Shown piece by piece: positions 29,892-39,532 of a stretch of 64,000 nt of DNA. The notes under the pieces were generated by a model. That model saw nothing but the letters and a program-made list of their open reading frames with translations. It had not been told where the DNA came from and did no database searches. Each line of letters begins with the position of its first letter. Position 1 is the stretch's first letter. The stretch is from a bacterium. GTDB lineage: Bacteria > Patescibacteriota > Saccharimonadia > Saccharimonadales > AWTP1-31. The position numbers and the translations under genes are program-made. Location: the NCBI GenBank assembly GCA_030426125.1, contig JAUHZB010000001.1, positions 26,462-90,461 of the forward strand, in the 5' to 3' direction.

Positions 29892-30013
29892 AATATAATT
29901 ATCCTTAATTTACTGCTAACTACTGCTATTATATCGCAGCCTAAAGACTAGAGTTATACAAATACAATAGTTACGCTTATGTATATAGCCTGAAATTTAG
30001 ATATACTTCTACA

Positions 30014-31597
30014 GTGAATAGTCTCAAACAACCAGAGTGTCTGAACGAATTAATACCTGAAATACCCGCACCAAACGAAGATCACAGTCGACTAGAAACA
30101 ACAACTAGACTACTAAAGACAATTGGCCGCGGCACAGTAGCCCTATTTATTGGCATTGCTGGAGCTAGCTTGGTTGGTGATACAACCGTTGAAACTGAGC
30201 ACCTAGAAGCACAAATTAGTACTGAAGTTACTAGCAATTTCTCTGGAGATTCTAGCATTAACACTCCTGGATTTAATGTAGATTATCCAACTCATAGTGG
30301 ACCTCTAGGTTTAGAGCTCACAGTCGAAGACTTATACATGGATAAGGTAATCTCAACTCTAGCTGACGGGGCAGACGACAACCCAGAAAAGACAGCCAGC
30401 CCATCAAGCGCTATTGAAGAGGAGGGCCAACAAATAAAGCAGGCTGCATCTGAGCATAGCATTAAGTACTTGTCACTTCTAGGAGTGTTTACAGCCGCTG
30501 GCTACATTGCTACTTCCAAGCGTGGTCGACTAATGTCAAAAGATAAAATATTGCAAGGCGTATTGGCAGGTGGTCTAGCAGTAAGCATTCCACTTGGCAT
30601 CGGTTTTACTACTTGGGATTCAGACGCCTTTGACAAACCAACTTACTCTGGCAATCTAGCCACCGCATTTAAAAATGCCGACATTATTAACGAACTCGAT
30701 GAACATGATGAGAGAATATCTGAACAAGCCCAGTATTTAATCAAACTAGTTGAGACCATCGAACAACAGAACTCTAATCCCAGCGAAGACATTGCGGTTA
30801 GGGGTTTAGTGGTTAGTGATATTCACCAACGCAATCCCTATCCAATCGTTAAACAAATAATAGACAACTACGACGCCTCATTTGTGATCGACAGTGGCGA
30901 TATTGTTGATTGGGGTAGCCCATTTGAAAACGGTTTTTTCTTAGGAACACCGACCTCCATATTAAGAGAGAACAAAGTCGGAATACCAGATTTAGGAGTG
31001 CCATACTATTTCGCTGCCGGAAACCACGATAGCCCCCAAAGAACAGTCTTACCCCTTAGTCGACTAGCTAATGTTCGAATTCTTGAGCTTGGGGATTCCT
31101 TCCAACAAAACGGCTTAGTAATAACTGGTGCTAAAGATCCAGTATTTACACCCTCCTCAAGTCTGAGTAAAGATGAGCGTAGACAAGCCCAGATTGAAAC
31201 TGGAACCGCCCTCCAACAACAGCTAAAGGAAAATCCAGCAGATATCGCGGTAGTCCATAATCCAACCGCTGGGGAACAAATCACGGAAGGCACACAACTA
31301 AGAATTAGTGGCGATACTCATGAATTTAAGTACTTAGACCCCTTACCGATAAACCATCCTGCTTATCTAAACACTGCCTCTAGCGGTGGCGTTGGTTTAC
31401 GTAATTTTAATAACCCGCTTGGTGAGGAGACACCACAGACTTTTACACTAATTAACTTTGGGTCTAACTGCAGGTTAGTCTCAATAGATAAAATAACCAT
31501 AACTTCGCTAGAAGATGATCCTGAATTCAACGTCCGCCACATCCCAGTAAACGGAAGTGTTGACCCCGGGCTTTACGAAGGTCGTAGTTGCCAATAA
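30014..31597 (+). CDS. Membrane-anchored calcineurin-like metallophosphoesterase
   Basis: SDIH, DSGDIVD, GNHD, VVHNP, GDTH motifs after three TM segments. Confidence 0.85.
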   Translation: MNSLKQPECLNELIPEIPAPNEDHSRLETTTRLLKTIGRGTVALFIGIAGASLVGDTTVETEHLEAQISTEVTSNFSGDSSINTPGFNVDYPTHSGPLGLELTVEDLYMDKVISTLADGADDNPEKTASPSSAIEEEGQQIKQAASEHSIKYLSLLGVFTAAGYIATSKRGRLMSKDKILQGVLAGGLAVSIPLGIGFTTWDSDAFDKPTYSGNLATAFKNADIINELDEHDERISEQAQYLIKLVETIEQQNSNPSEDIAVRGLVVSDIHQRNPYPIVKQIIDNYDASFVIDSGDIVDWGSPFENGFFLGTPTSILRENKVGIPDLGVPYYFAAGNHDSPQRTVLPLSRLANVRILELGDSFQQNGLVITGAKDPVFTPSSSLSKDERRQAQIETGTALQQQLKENPADIAVVHNPTAGEQITEGTQLRISGDTHEFKYLDPLPINHPAYLNTASSGGVGLRNFNNPLGEETPQTFTLINFGSNCRLVSIDKITITSLEDDPEFNVRHIPVNGSVDPGLYEGRSCQ

Positions 31598-31684
31598 CTG
31601 TGACTGCACCTAGTAATATCTCCACTTTTTGAATTATTAGCTTAACTGGATTAGTATAGAAGCAGTAATAAACTGAAGTAAAAA

Positions 31685-33154
31685 ATGGCAAAAACTAAAT
31701 CCAAAATAGAATCCGACGATCAACAGCCAGTCGGAGAGGGAACAACCAAACAGAGTATAATTCGTAGGCTCGTCGGACACCACAACGCCCACTGGTGGCT
31801 ACTTACCATAACTAGCCTTATCCTATTTCTACTACTAACCACTTGGTTGGTTGGCTCTCTAAACTACAAACAAACAGTTGTCGGAAATAGCCGTTTAGCC
31901 CATGGGCAACTAGATTCTCAACTTCAAACTACACTTAGCGGTGAAATAGAGGAATACAGATTACAAATAGCGTCCTTGAAAGAAGAGGAAGAAATAAAAT
32001 CCTACAAGTTATCCGAACTAGGGATTGAAATTGATGAATCCGCCACCGTTAACAGCACCAAAAACAATTCTAATTATTGGCGTAATAGATTGCTTTGGTG
32101 GAAGCCACTAAAGGCCGACATTTCACTAAAGATAGATAAAAACAAACTAATTAACTTTGTTAACGATAATACTAGATCAATATCTAAACCCGTAAAAAAT
32201 GCTAGTCTGAGCGTCGGACCAGAAGGAGAAATTGTAGTAACAGCCGAATCTACGGGTGCTGAAAAATCACTTGGCAATGGTCAGCTAGTCATAACCCAGG
32301 CTGTAAAAAGCTTGGATAGTAGCGTACTCGAACCTAGCGAAAGGGAGGTTAAACCAACAATTACCACAGAGTCTATTAGCGATAGTCGGCAACAGCTAGA
32401 AAAACTGCTAGCAAAACCAGTAATATTTAAGGTAGCTGAAAATACTATAAAACCAAGCGCTCACGACATTGCTTCTTGGCTGAATATAACTCCTGATGAA
32501 GACACAAAGTCATATAAAATATCAGTTGAAAAAACTAAACTGTCTGACTATATAAATGGTCAAGTAGCTAGATTTATCACTAGACCGGTTAATCAAGTAG
32601 AAGTAGTACTGCCTAGTGGCCAAAAGAGTATTTTAGTAACTGGGAAAAACGGCAGTGATGTAACCAATATCGATGAGGTGATCGCTTCAGTTCAAGAACG
32701 ACTCATGAAAGATAAATCTCTGTCATTAGAACTAACTGTCGCCTACACACCCTTCAAAACTATTAGTGCACCGGCTGGTAATAAGCTAATTGAAGTAGAT
32801 ACCACCAATAAAGTAATGTACGCCTATGAGAATAAAGTATTACTCAGAACAATGTATATATCAGCTGGAGCAGCAGCTACCCCAACAGTAACTGGAACAT
32901 TTTCAATTTATTCCAAACTACCATCACAAAATATGTCGGGCTTTAACGCCGATGGCTCTACCTATTACCAACCAAATGTACCTTATGTTAATTACTTCTA
33001 CCGTGACTACGCCATCCATGGTAACTACTGGAGACCAACTAGCTATTTTGGTAGCGTTAATAGTTCACACGGCTGCGTTGGTATCCTAGATGCTGATGCA
33101 AAATGGATATACGACTGGGCACCTATTGGGACTCCGGTGGTAGTCCATAATTAG
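31685..33154 (+). CDS. L,D-transpeptidase (YkuD domain) with N-terminal TM and PG-binding-4-like region
   Basis: IEVDTT..MYAYE, TPTVTG.F.IY.K, YAIHGNYW, SHGCV. Confidence 0.92.
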   Translation: MAKTKSKIESDDQQPVGEGTTKQSIIRRLVGHHNAHWWLLTITSLILFLLLTTWLVGSLNYKQTVVGNSRLAHGQLDSQLQTTLSGEIEEYRLQIASLKEEEEIKSYKLSELGIEIDESATVNSTKNNSNYWRNRLLWWKPLKADISLKIDKNKLINFVNDNTRSISKPVKNASLSVGPEGEIVVTAESTGAEKSLGNGQLVITQAVKSLDSSVLEPSEREVKPTITTESISDSRQQLEKLLAKPVIFKVAENTIKPSAHDIASWLNITPDEDTKSYKISVEKTKLSDYINGQVARFITRPVNQVEVVLPSGQKSILVTGKNGSDVTNIDEVIASVQERLMKDKSLSLELTVAYTPFKTISAPAGNKLIEVDTTNKVMYAYENKVLLRTMYISAGAAATPTVTGTFSIYSKLPSQNMSGFNADGSTYYQPNVPYVNYFYRDYAIHGNYWRPTSYFGSVNSSHGCVGILDADAKWIYDWAPIGTPVVVHN

Positions 33155-34574
33155 AATCTAAAGGGTGAACAGCTTTAAGCTCATCACCAACCCTAACTGA
33201 ATTCCAGTCAATAAAATACCCTTCAGCTTTGCCTAAAATACTATCTCCTCTAACTTTCGCTCTCGTATCTTGCGGCGGTGTTACTATACGGTGATTTTTA
33301 TCAGTATCACTGTTTGGCATAGTGAACCCATCCCAACCGACATTCTTCACATTACGAAGTGTCTCAGCAACCCCACCTTGAAGCATATCCCAGTAGTAGT
33401 CGTACCGGCATATTTTTTCAGAATCTATGCCGTAGCCACTAGCCTCCATCTTTCGCTCAAGTGCCATTTTTCGAGCTATTGATTCCACTTGAGTTGCCAC
33501 CGACGTCTCGTCTCTAACCATTCTATCGATTACATCAATTATTTCAGGTATAACCTGCTTCTCTTCGTCATCAAGAAAATCGTACAAACTATCCGACTCA
33601 AGAATATCGTAACAAATCGCCGATAACTGTTCCGCAGGTGTTAAGGCTAAATTTTCGTTATCTCTATTATAAGCATCTAATAATGTGTTATTCCCATGTC
33701 GTCCAACCAACTGTGCTTGCATCTCAGGAGTATGCAAAACCGGAAAATTGTAATCACCATCCCGCTCTAAAAGTCCAATAAATGCATTGGTTAGAACCAT
33801 ACTTGCTCGCATCGGCCAGGCAAAATTTAGTGCATCTGCAGTTATTGTCTCAACTCTGGTATACTGGCCATCATCTTTCCCAATATCTCTAACTAAAGCT
33901 TTTTTTGCATGTCCATCTGAATTCAACATAGATGAAACAGATAAGCGCGGAGAGTGATGGTATTCGGTCTCACCTTCCGAATTTATTAACAAACCCCCTG
34001 AGCCGAATATAGCTCCTTTTGCAACATTCAGAGTCGCGAGAAGTAGCGTGGTTTCAACTAACCTCCCATCATAGACTATACTTTTATCCGCATTGTTATT
34101 TAAATGAATACCTCTCGTTTGTCGATTATGATCAACGATTCTTCTATTGACTTGGTAACCCCTGATAACTTCTGAGCGTCTTAAACCCTCCAGAAGGCTT
34201 AACATAATAGTATCCCCGTCAAAACACCTCAAGACCGCTTCTTCGGCTGTCCTGGTCTCGGGAGTACAGTACTCTAAGCCACTTTCGTCTGTATATAGCC
34301 TTCCTCCATTGGATAATAAACTGTACCTATCACTACGCACGAGACCAATTCGCGCGAGTTCATTGTTTATCTCTTGGTTAGTCAGGCTACCACTACCGCT
34401 AAAATTAGCTGTACTTCGTAGTGAATCACCAGCAAATCCATCAACTGAATGGCACTCACCCACCAACTCGTAATATTCATCCTGACTTGGGTCTGAAGTG
34501 ATAGGAAAACCGATTAGACAATTATACTCTGTCTCTATCCCATAGACGTTGGGGGATCTATAAATTTCATGCAT
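33123..34574 (-). CDS. Divergent Dop/PafA (Pup deamidase/ligase, PafA2) family protein
   Basis: YGIETEY, LSNGGRLYTD..LEYCTPE, GIHLN, GSGG, C-terminal PPQDTRAKVRG...IDWNSV match Dop/PafA hallmarks. Confidence 0.82.
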   Translation of the reverse strand: MHEIYRSPNVYGIETEYNCLIGFPITSDPSQDEYYELVGECHSVDGFAGDSLRSTANFSGSGSLTNQEINNELARIGLVRSDRYSLLSNGGRLYTDESGLEYCTPETRTAEEAVLRCFDGDTIMLSLLEGLRRSEVIRGYQVNRRIVDHNRQTRGIHLNNNADKSIVYDGRLVETTLLLATLNVAKGAIFGSGGLLINSEGETEYHHSPRLSVSSMLNSDGHAKKALVRDIGKDDGQYTRVETITADALNFAWPMRASMVLTNAFIGLLERDGDYNFPVLHTPEMQAQLVGRHGNNTLLDAYNRDNENLALTPAEQLSAICYDILESDSLYDFLDDEEKQVIPEIIDVIDRMVRDETSVATQVESIARKMALERKMEASGYGIDSEKICRYDYYWDMLQGGVAETLRNVKNVGWDGFTMPNSDTDKNHRIVTPPQDTRAKVRGDSILGKAEGYFIDWNSVRVGDELKAVHPLDSNYGLPPESQ

Positions 34575-34623
34575 AGCTATAATAGTGCTTCAAACAGGGG
34601 TAACATGCAAGCATGAGCAAGAT

Positions 34624-34713
34624 TGGCGGAGAGGAAGGGATTCGAACCCTCGATACTGTTGCCAGCATACTGCTTTTCGAGAGCAGCTCCTTCAACCACT
34701 CGGACACCTCTCC
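34624..34713 (-). tRNA. tRNA-Ser (anticodon CGA)
   Basis: GGAGAGG...CTGCT-CT-CGA-AA-AGCAG, long variable arm, GGTTCGAATCC, CCA end. Confidence 0.96.
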
Positions 34714-34740
34714 ATATTTACTGTAACAGATGCCTGGGTG

Positions 34741-35217
34741 TTATTTCTTGCGTTTATATATCGTAAATCTATAGTTTATAGAATTGTCGGTTTTAGTTTC
34801 CGTTTGGCTAGCTAGTTCAAAATCTTCGCTATAATCCGGGAAAAACTTAGTGCAATTAAAATCACCCTCGATTTTAGTAATATACAGCTCATCAGCATTG
34901 TCTAGCAGTGAGTCGAACAAACCGGCTCCACCAATTACCCAAATATCTTTAGTCTGATCAAATTCGTCCAAGAACTTAGCTGGGTGAGTTACCGCCGTAA
35001 AACCTTCCTTAAGTAGCTTATCTGTTCTAGTGGCCACATAGTTTGCTTTATCGTTCATTGGCGAATCATGCTCAATGTAGGTGTTGTAACCCATTAATAT
35101 TGGGGCTGTTTTTATCTTTTCCCGGTAATACCTTTTGTCTTCCGGTAAATTCCAGGGGATGCCTTTATCATCTGCCAGGCCACGTTTACTATCAATAGCT
35201 ACTATAAATCTAATCAT
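34741..35217 (-). CDS. folA: Dihydrofolate reductase
   Basis: IPWNLPED, ILMGYNTY, WVIGGA, ELYITKI.G.F.C..FFP. Confidence 0.93.
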   Translation of the reverse strand: MIRFIVAIDSKRGLADDKGIPWNLPEDKRYYREKIKTAPILMGYNTYIEHDSPMNDKANYVATRTDKLLKEGFTAVTHPAKFLDEFDQTKDIWVIGGAGLFDSLLDNADELYITKIEGDFNCTKFFPDYSEDFELASQTETKTDNSINYRFTIYKRKK

Positions 35218-35285
35218 GAATATATTTTAACAGTTTAAACAAAGAGAACAGACAACGCTTTAAATAAATCCTGTATAGTAAGCTC

Positions 35286-35936
35286 ATGTTATCCATTGCT
35301 AAGCCACAAATTCCTAATGACCTAAATACCGTTACCAAGCCTGAAAACGAATTAAAGACTGAAGTAAGTATAGTAGAAGCAACCTTAGAAAACACCGACG
35401 CTTCCAATAAGATCATTACTAACCTGGGTGTTAAAGAATCACGCCTTATTAAAATTAACTTCGCTAACTCTAAGCTGCATAAACTAGACTTTTTAGACAT
35501 TGAGCTCAGCAACAGTCAATTTACCGCTAGTAATTGTAGCGAAGCCTCCTGGCAACGAGTTAAACTTAGCAATATCCAAGGTAGTGGTTTATTACTACAT
35601 GAAAGTACCTTAAAAGATATCGTATTTGAAAACTGTAAATTAGACTTCGCTAACTTTAGATACGCTAAGCTAAAAAACGTTAAGTTCATAGACTGCAACC
35701 TCATTGAAGCAGACTTCTATATGGCCCAATTAAACAATGTGTCTTTTTCAAATTGCGAAATTGAAAAGGTTGAATTCTCCGGAGTTAAAGCCAGTAAAAT
35801 AGATTTACGAACTTCAACCCTAAGTCAGCTAAAAGGTATTGATGGACTTCATGGAGCAAAAATTGATTCCATACAACTTGTCTCCCTAGCCCCTCAGCTA
35901 GCCCATAATGTTGGCCTAATTATAGAAGACTCTTAG
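35286..35936 (+). CDS. Pentapeptide repeat protein (MfpA/Qnr-like)
   Basis: Regular A/C-x-F/L-x-x repeats (CKLDFANFRYAKLKNVKFIDCNLIEADFY); C-terminal QLVSLAPQLA..VGL. Confidence 0.9.
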   Translation: MLSIAKPQIPNDLNTVTKPENELKTEVSIVEATLENTDASNKIITNLGVKESRLIKINFANSKLHKLDFLDIELSNSQFTASNCSEASWQRVKLSNIQGSGLLLHESTLKDIVFENCKLDFANFRYAKLKNVKFIDCNLIEADFYMAQLNNVSFSNCEIEKVEFSGVKASKIDLRTSTLSQLKGIDGLHGAKIDSIQLVSLAPQLAHNVGLIIEDS

Positions 35937-36138
35937 ATTTATAAAGAAAGACCCTAACATATTATTCAGGGAATTATTCACAGGTTTGCTATTATATAAG
36001 CAGGCTATCAAACTACGGTCCCTGTGCGCCTACAATCATATACAAGTTACTTCCTGTAACGGCTAACTGGCGAACGGCCAGAGCACCTAACAGGCAGTAA
36101 AAACCATAAAATCCGTTCGACTGTTATTAACCTTTTGT

Positions 36139-36441
36139 ATGCTATGGAGCTTGTATATGGATCCAACCATTGTCTTGAATGAAGCCGTCGATGTTATTGC
36201 CCTCTACAAAAAAGAGGCTAGTTTAGAGACTCTAGCTTTTCCCTGCAAAATGAAATACCAGGGCAGGGAGATCACTTTTACCAAGCTTGGCATGCGACAC
36301 CCTACCGCTCAGGGCAAGCGGATGATTCACGTTTTTGACGTAACTGATGGTAGTAATGACTATCGTCTAGAATTTAATGCTGAAACTCTGCGCTGGACTT
36401 TAGTAGCCATAATACCAGGAGGCGCGTCACGTGAGCTATAA
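36139..36441 (+). CDS. Small beta-rich protein coupled to Y-family polymerase (likely start ATG 36157)
   Basis: Overlaps the start of the downstream polymerase by 11 nt; HVFDVTDG..YRLEFN...W.L. Confidence 0.7.
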   Translation: MLWSLYMDPTIVLNEAVDVIALYKKEASLETLAFPCKMKYQGREITFTKLGMRHPTAQGKRMIHVFDVTDGSNDYRLEFNAETLRWTLVAIIPGGASREL

Positions 36442-37687
36442 CCTAAACAAAGCCAAACCAGAAATAATGTGGATTGATCTAAACAGCGCTTTTGCTACTG
36501 CCGAACAACAAGCTCATCACTCACTACGCGGAAAACCGATGGGAGTGACTAATAGACTATCTAAAGAATGCTGCGTTATTGCTGCCTCCTACGAAGCTAA
36601 AGCTCTAGGTATTAAAGTTGGCTGTCGCCGAACTGAAGCCCTGGCCCTTTGCCCAGATTTTATACTGCTAGAAAGCGATCCACCTAAGTACCATACTGTT
36701 TACCAGAAGTTACTTAGCATCATGAAAGACTACTCTCCTAACGTAAAAATGAAGAGCATTGATGAGGGAATTATAGATTTTCAAAACAGCAGGTCACTTA
36801 CAAAAGGTAGGTCCTTAAGCGACATTGGAAGGGAAATCAAACAAAGGGTAAGAACCGAAATAGGTGACTACACTAAAATAAATATCGGTATTGCTCCTAA
36901 CCGTTTTCTAGCCAAAACTGCTGCCGGACTTAATAAGCCCGATGGACTAGATGTCATAGATCACCATAGTCTAATTGATGTTTATGGTTCACTAGAACTA
37001 GAAGACCTCAACGGTATAGCTGAGGGTTACGGCAGTAGACTAAGAGCCCATAATATATCTACGCCGATAGAATTCTTGGGAGCTTCCGAACAACTACTAA
37101 CCAAAAGGGTGTTTAAAAGTATTAACGGGCGACATTGGTATAACCGACTCAGAGGCTTTGAAGTAGATGACTACCAAACTAATCTAGGAATGGTTGGTAG
37201 GCAATGGGTAGTCAAAAAGCCAACTAGTGACGAAGATTACCTAAGATCTTGTCTACACTTTCTAAGCGAGACAACAGCCATGAAACTGCGCTACCGTAAC
37301 GTTGAAGCCAGAGGTGTTTGCGTTTGGTTGGCTTTTAATAACGGTGAATTTTTTACAGATAAGAAAATGTATAAAACAAATTGCTACACCAACCAAGACA
37401 TCTGGCTACGAGTATCTAGACTATTCAATAATCGCCCTAAGCATCTAATAGTTAGAACTATGGGGCTATACTTGTATAAACTAACGCCTTCCAGTCGCAA
37501 CCAACAAAGCCTGTTTAGCGAAGTACAGAAGGCCGACTTTTTAACTAAAGCGATGGATGAAATAAACGACTACTACGGTACTTTCACTGTATATTCAGCT
37601 GACACACTGGAAGGAACTAAAAACGTAAAACAAAAAATACCTTTCGGTGGCACTGAATACTTCAACTTACTATTAAAACGAGCCTAG
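36431..37687 (+). CDS. Y-family error-prone DNA polymerase (DinB/UmuC-like)
   Basis: IDLNSAFATAEQ, IAASYEAKALGIK, SIDE, LAKTAAGLNKPDG; C-terminal QQSLF clamp-like motif and AMDEINDYYG. Confidence 0.93.
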   Translation: MSYNLNKAKPEIMWIDLNSAFATAEQQAHHSLRGKPMGVTNRLSKECCVIAASYEAKALGIKVGCRRTEALALCPDFILLESDPPKYHTVYQKLLSIMKDYSPNVKMKSIDEGIIDFQNSRSLTKGRSLSDIGREIKQRVRTEIGDYTKINIGIAPNRFLAKTAAGLNKPDGLDVIDHHSLIDVYGSLELEDLNGIAEGYGSRLRAHNISTPIEFLGASEQLLTKRVFKSINGRHWYNRLRGFEVDDYQTNLGMVGRQWVVKKPTSDEDYLRSCLHFLSETTAMKLRYRNVEARGVCVWLAFNNGEFFTDKKMYKTNCYTNQDIWLRVSRLFNNRPKHLIVRTMGLYLYKLTPSSRNQQSLFSEVQKADFLTKAMDEINDYYGTFTVYSADTLEGTKNVKQKIPFGGTEYFNLLLKRA

Positions 37688-37704
37688 GTGTTATAGTAAA
37701 CAAT

Positions 37705-38271
37705 GTGAAAAGTCTAATATTCTGTACCGGAAATAATATGAAGTTTAATACTGCAAAGGATGTTTGCAGTAAAAGGAATATTGAACTAGTCCAAAAAAAC
37801 ATAGATATTACTGAGATACAAGAAGAAGATGCCAAGAAAGTAGCAATAGATAAAGCCAATAAAGCCTACGATATCATACAAAAACCAGTAGTAATAACCG
37901 ATGATTCATGGGGATTCACGGGCTTAAATGGCTTCCCCGGCGTCTATATGCACTCCGTTAATGAATGGTTTAGTGCTGAAGATTTTCTAAGACTAACCTT
38001 GCCTCTAAAAAACAGGGAGGTAATATTTACCCAACACCTGATATACAGCGACGGCCAACAACAAAAAGTCTTCAAACGAACGAGCAAGGGAACTCTTTTA
38101 AAAGAAATTCGAGGTGAATCTTCACACCCCTGCTTGACTATAATTTCCCTAGATAGGGAAAGCGGCAAAAGTATAGCTGAAAGTTATGATCCTAAAAAGG
38201 ATAAGTCTGGTCGGATAGCAGCTAATATCTGGAGGGAATTTCTGGATTGGTATCAAGACGTTGCAACATAA
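37705..38271 (+). CDS. Ham1/ITPase-family non-canonical purine NTP pyrophosphatase, divergent paralog
   Basis: TGN..KF, EIQE, K, DDSW...LNGFPGVY; lacks the FG(F/W)D and SHR motifs. Confidence 0.8.
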   Translation: MKSLIFCTGNNMKFNTAKDVCSKRNIELVQKNIDITEIQEEDAKKVAIDKANKAYDIIQKPVVITDDSWGFTGLNGFPGVYMHSVNEWFSAEDFLRLTLPLKNREVIFTQHLIYSDGQQQKVFKRTSKGTLLKEIRGESSHPCLTIISLDRESGKSIAESYDPKKDKSGRIAANIWREFLDWYQDVAT

Positions 38272-38275
38272 GATG

Positions 38276-38476
38276 CTAGTTTTCGCCGAGGATAATCTTA
38301 TCTGAAATATCTAAGGTATTATCATCTTCTAAGGCAGCAGATTGGTCTGCTCCTTCAGGTGAAGCAGGTTCACCATGTTCAGTACCACTAACCGGTCCAT
38401 CATCTAACGGAGCTGGAAGATCATATTCTAATCCTGATTCCGGATGATCTGCTGTATTCATGGCTCCATTAAACAC
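38276..38476 (-). CDS. Small acidic, probably disordered protein
   Basis: 66 aa ORF rich in D/E/P/G filling the gap between two plus-strand genes. Confidence 0.45.
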   Translation of the reverse strand: MFNGAMNTADHPESGLEYDLPAPLDDGPVSGTEHGEPASPEGADQSAALEDDNTLDISDKIILGEN

Positions 38477-38542
38477 CTTTGATAATGATATTGCAAGGTA
38501 CGCAAGTATTTCATTGACGATTTTAAATTTTTATACTATAAT

Positions 38543-39382
38543 TTGCACATTATGTCAGAGGTTTCAGTCGGAGCTTGGAACGCTCAAAATTCATTTGGTG
38601 ATCAACGCGTTAGTGATGCTCTTGAAGTTGTCAAAGAAATGGATAGCGACGTCCTCTATCTTAGTGAAACGACTACAACTACTGGAGCTAATACAGAGTA
38701 TTTCGCTGAAGCAAGCTGTGAACTAGAAAGTTTAGGCTACAGACACCAGCTAATAACAAATTATGGGGCTAGGCCGGAAACTAGAGATGAACACACAATG
38801 TCGCTTTGGAGTAGAGTTGGTGGTGATGACTCTATATCCCGCCAAACCCTCGGATCAAGATATGGCACTAAACTTTCCCTAGACAGCTTAGGAGTGGACA
38901 TTTACGGTGTTCATTTCGATGATGCTAGTACAGCTAGTCGTCTAGAATCAGCTGACATCTTACTAGGTAACGTTTCTTCAAGTCAGCATGAAGCAGTAGT
39001 TATGGGGGATCTTAACTCCATGAATCGAGCAGACCCTAAGTCATTTCTACCCAGAGCACTCGGCTTAGCTGTGGCCAGATTCGAGCCCAAAGACTTCTAC
39101 AATGACGAAAATAAAGTTCAGCGATTTGTCGGAAAAGTAGTCAGAGTCTGTCGTATGGCTGGCGGGCAAACCGTTCAACGTTTATTAGATGCTGGCTTTA
39201 TGGAAGCTGATGACTCTTTTCAGGACACTATCTCTGTGGGTCGAATAGCTTTCCAGATTGATCACATCCTAACCACTGCAAGGTTAGAGGTTAGTGATTT
39301 TGCTAGACACGATCAAACAAGACTAGGACGTCGAACTGCCGTTTCTGATCATCACCCAATATCCGCAACTGTACGCAGATAG
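38543..39382 (+). CDS. Endonuclease/exonuclease/phosphatase (EEP) family protein (likely start ATG 38552)
   Basis: AWNA, DVLYLSE, GVHF, MGDLN, IDHIL, SDHHPI. Confidence 0.9.
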   Translation: MHIMSEVSVGAWNAQNSFGDQRVSDALEVVKEMDSDVLYLSETTTTTGANTEYFAEASCELESLGYRHQLITNYGARPETRDEHTMSLWSRVGGDDSISRQTLGSRYGTKLSLDSLGVDIYGVHFDDASTASRLESADILLGNVSSSQHEAVVMGDLNSMNRADPKSFLPRALGLAVARFEPKDFYNDENKVQRFVGKVVRVCRMAGGQTVQRLLDAGFMEADDSFQDTISVGRIAFQIDHILTTARLEVSDFARHDQTRLGRRTAVSDHHPISATVRR

Positions 39383-39389
39383 CATTCTC

Positions 39390-39418
39390 TTGCATACATT
39401 AGCTTTTTATACTATTAT
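39390..39418 (+). promoter_or_regulatory. sigma70-type promoter for the leader peptide/racemase unit
   Basis: TTGCAT (39390-39395), 17 nt spacer, TATTAT (39413-39418); ATG at 39425. Confidence 0.65.
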
Positions 39419-39424
39419 ATAGCA

Positions 39425-39502
39425 ATGCTAATTCAGTTTATTGCAATTAACCAGACCAATACTGTTCGCCGAAGCCACCGTATTCACGGGGGTTGTTCTT
39501 GA
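39425..39502 (+). CDS. Putative attenuator leader peptide MLIQFIAINQTNTVRRSHRIHGGCS (25 aa)
   Basis: Short ORF at the predicted TSS; its 3' end GGGGTTGTT is complementary to the 5' arm of the downstream terminator. Confidence 0.6.
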   Translation: MLIQFIAINQTNTVRRSHRIHGGCS

Positions 39503-39532
39503 ATTTGTAAATAAATATTAGTAAGCCTTAAC

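Noticed and set aside
34585-34815. 76-aa plus-strand ORF; likewise 45028-45351
   Set aside because: These overlap tRNA genes and are shadow ORFs.
36010-36125. 6S RNA, ZTP or c-di-GMP riboswitch assignment for the leader of the polymerase operon
   Set aside because: Only short fragments resemble these families and the required complementary or conserved segments are missing. Kept as an unassigned candidate.
38276-38476. Small acidic disordered ORF as the Pup/UBact partner of the Dop-like gene
   Set aside because: Size and charge fit, but it ends ILGEN rather than GGE/GGQ/GE, lacks the Pup helical motif and is ~3.7 kb from the enzyme. Not supportable without a binding test.
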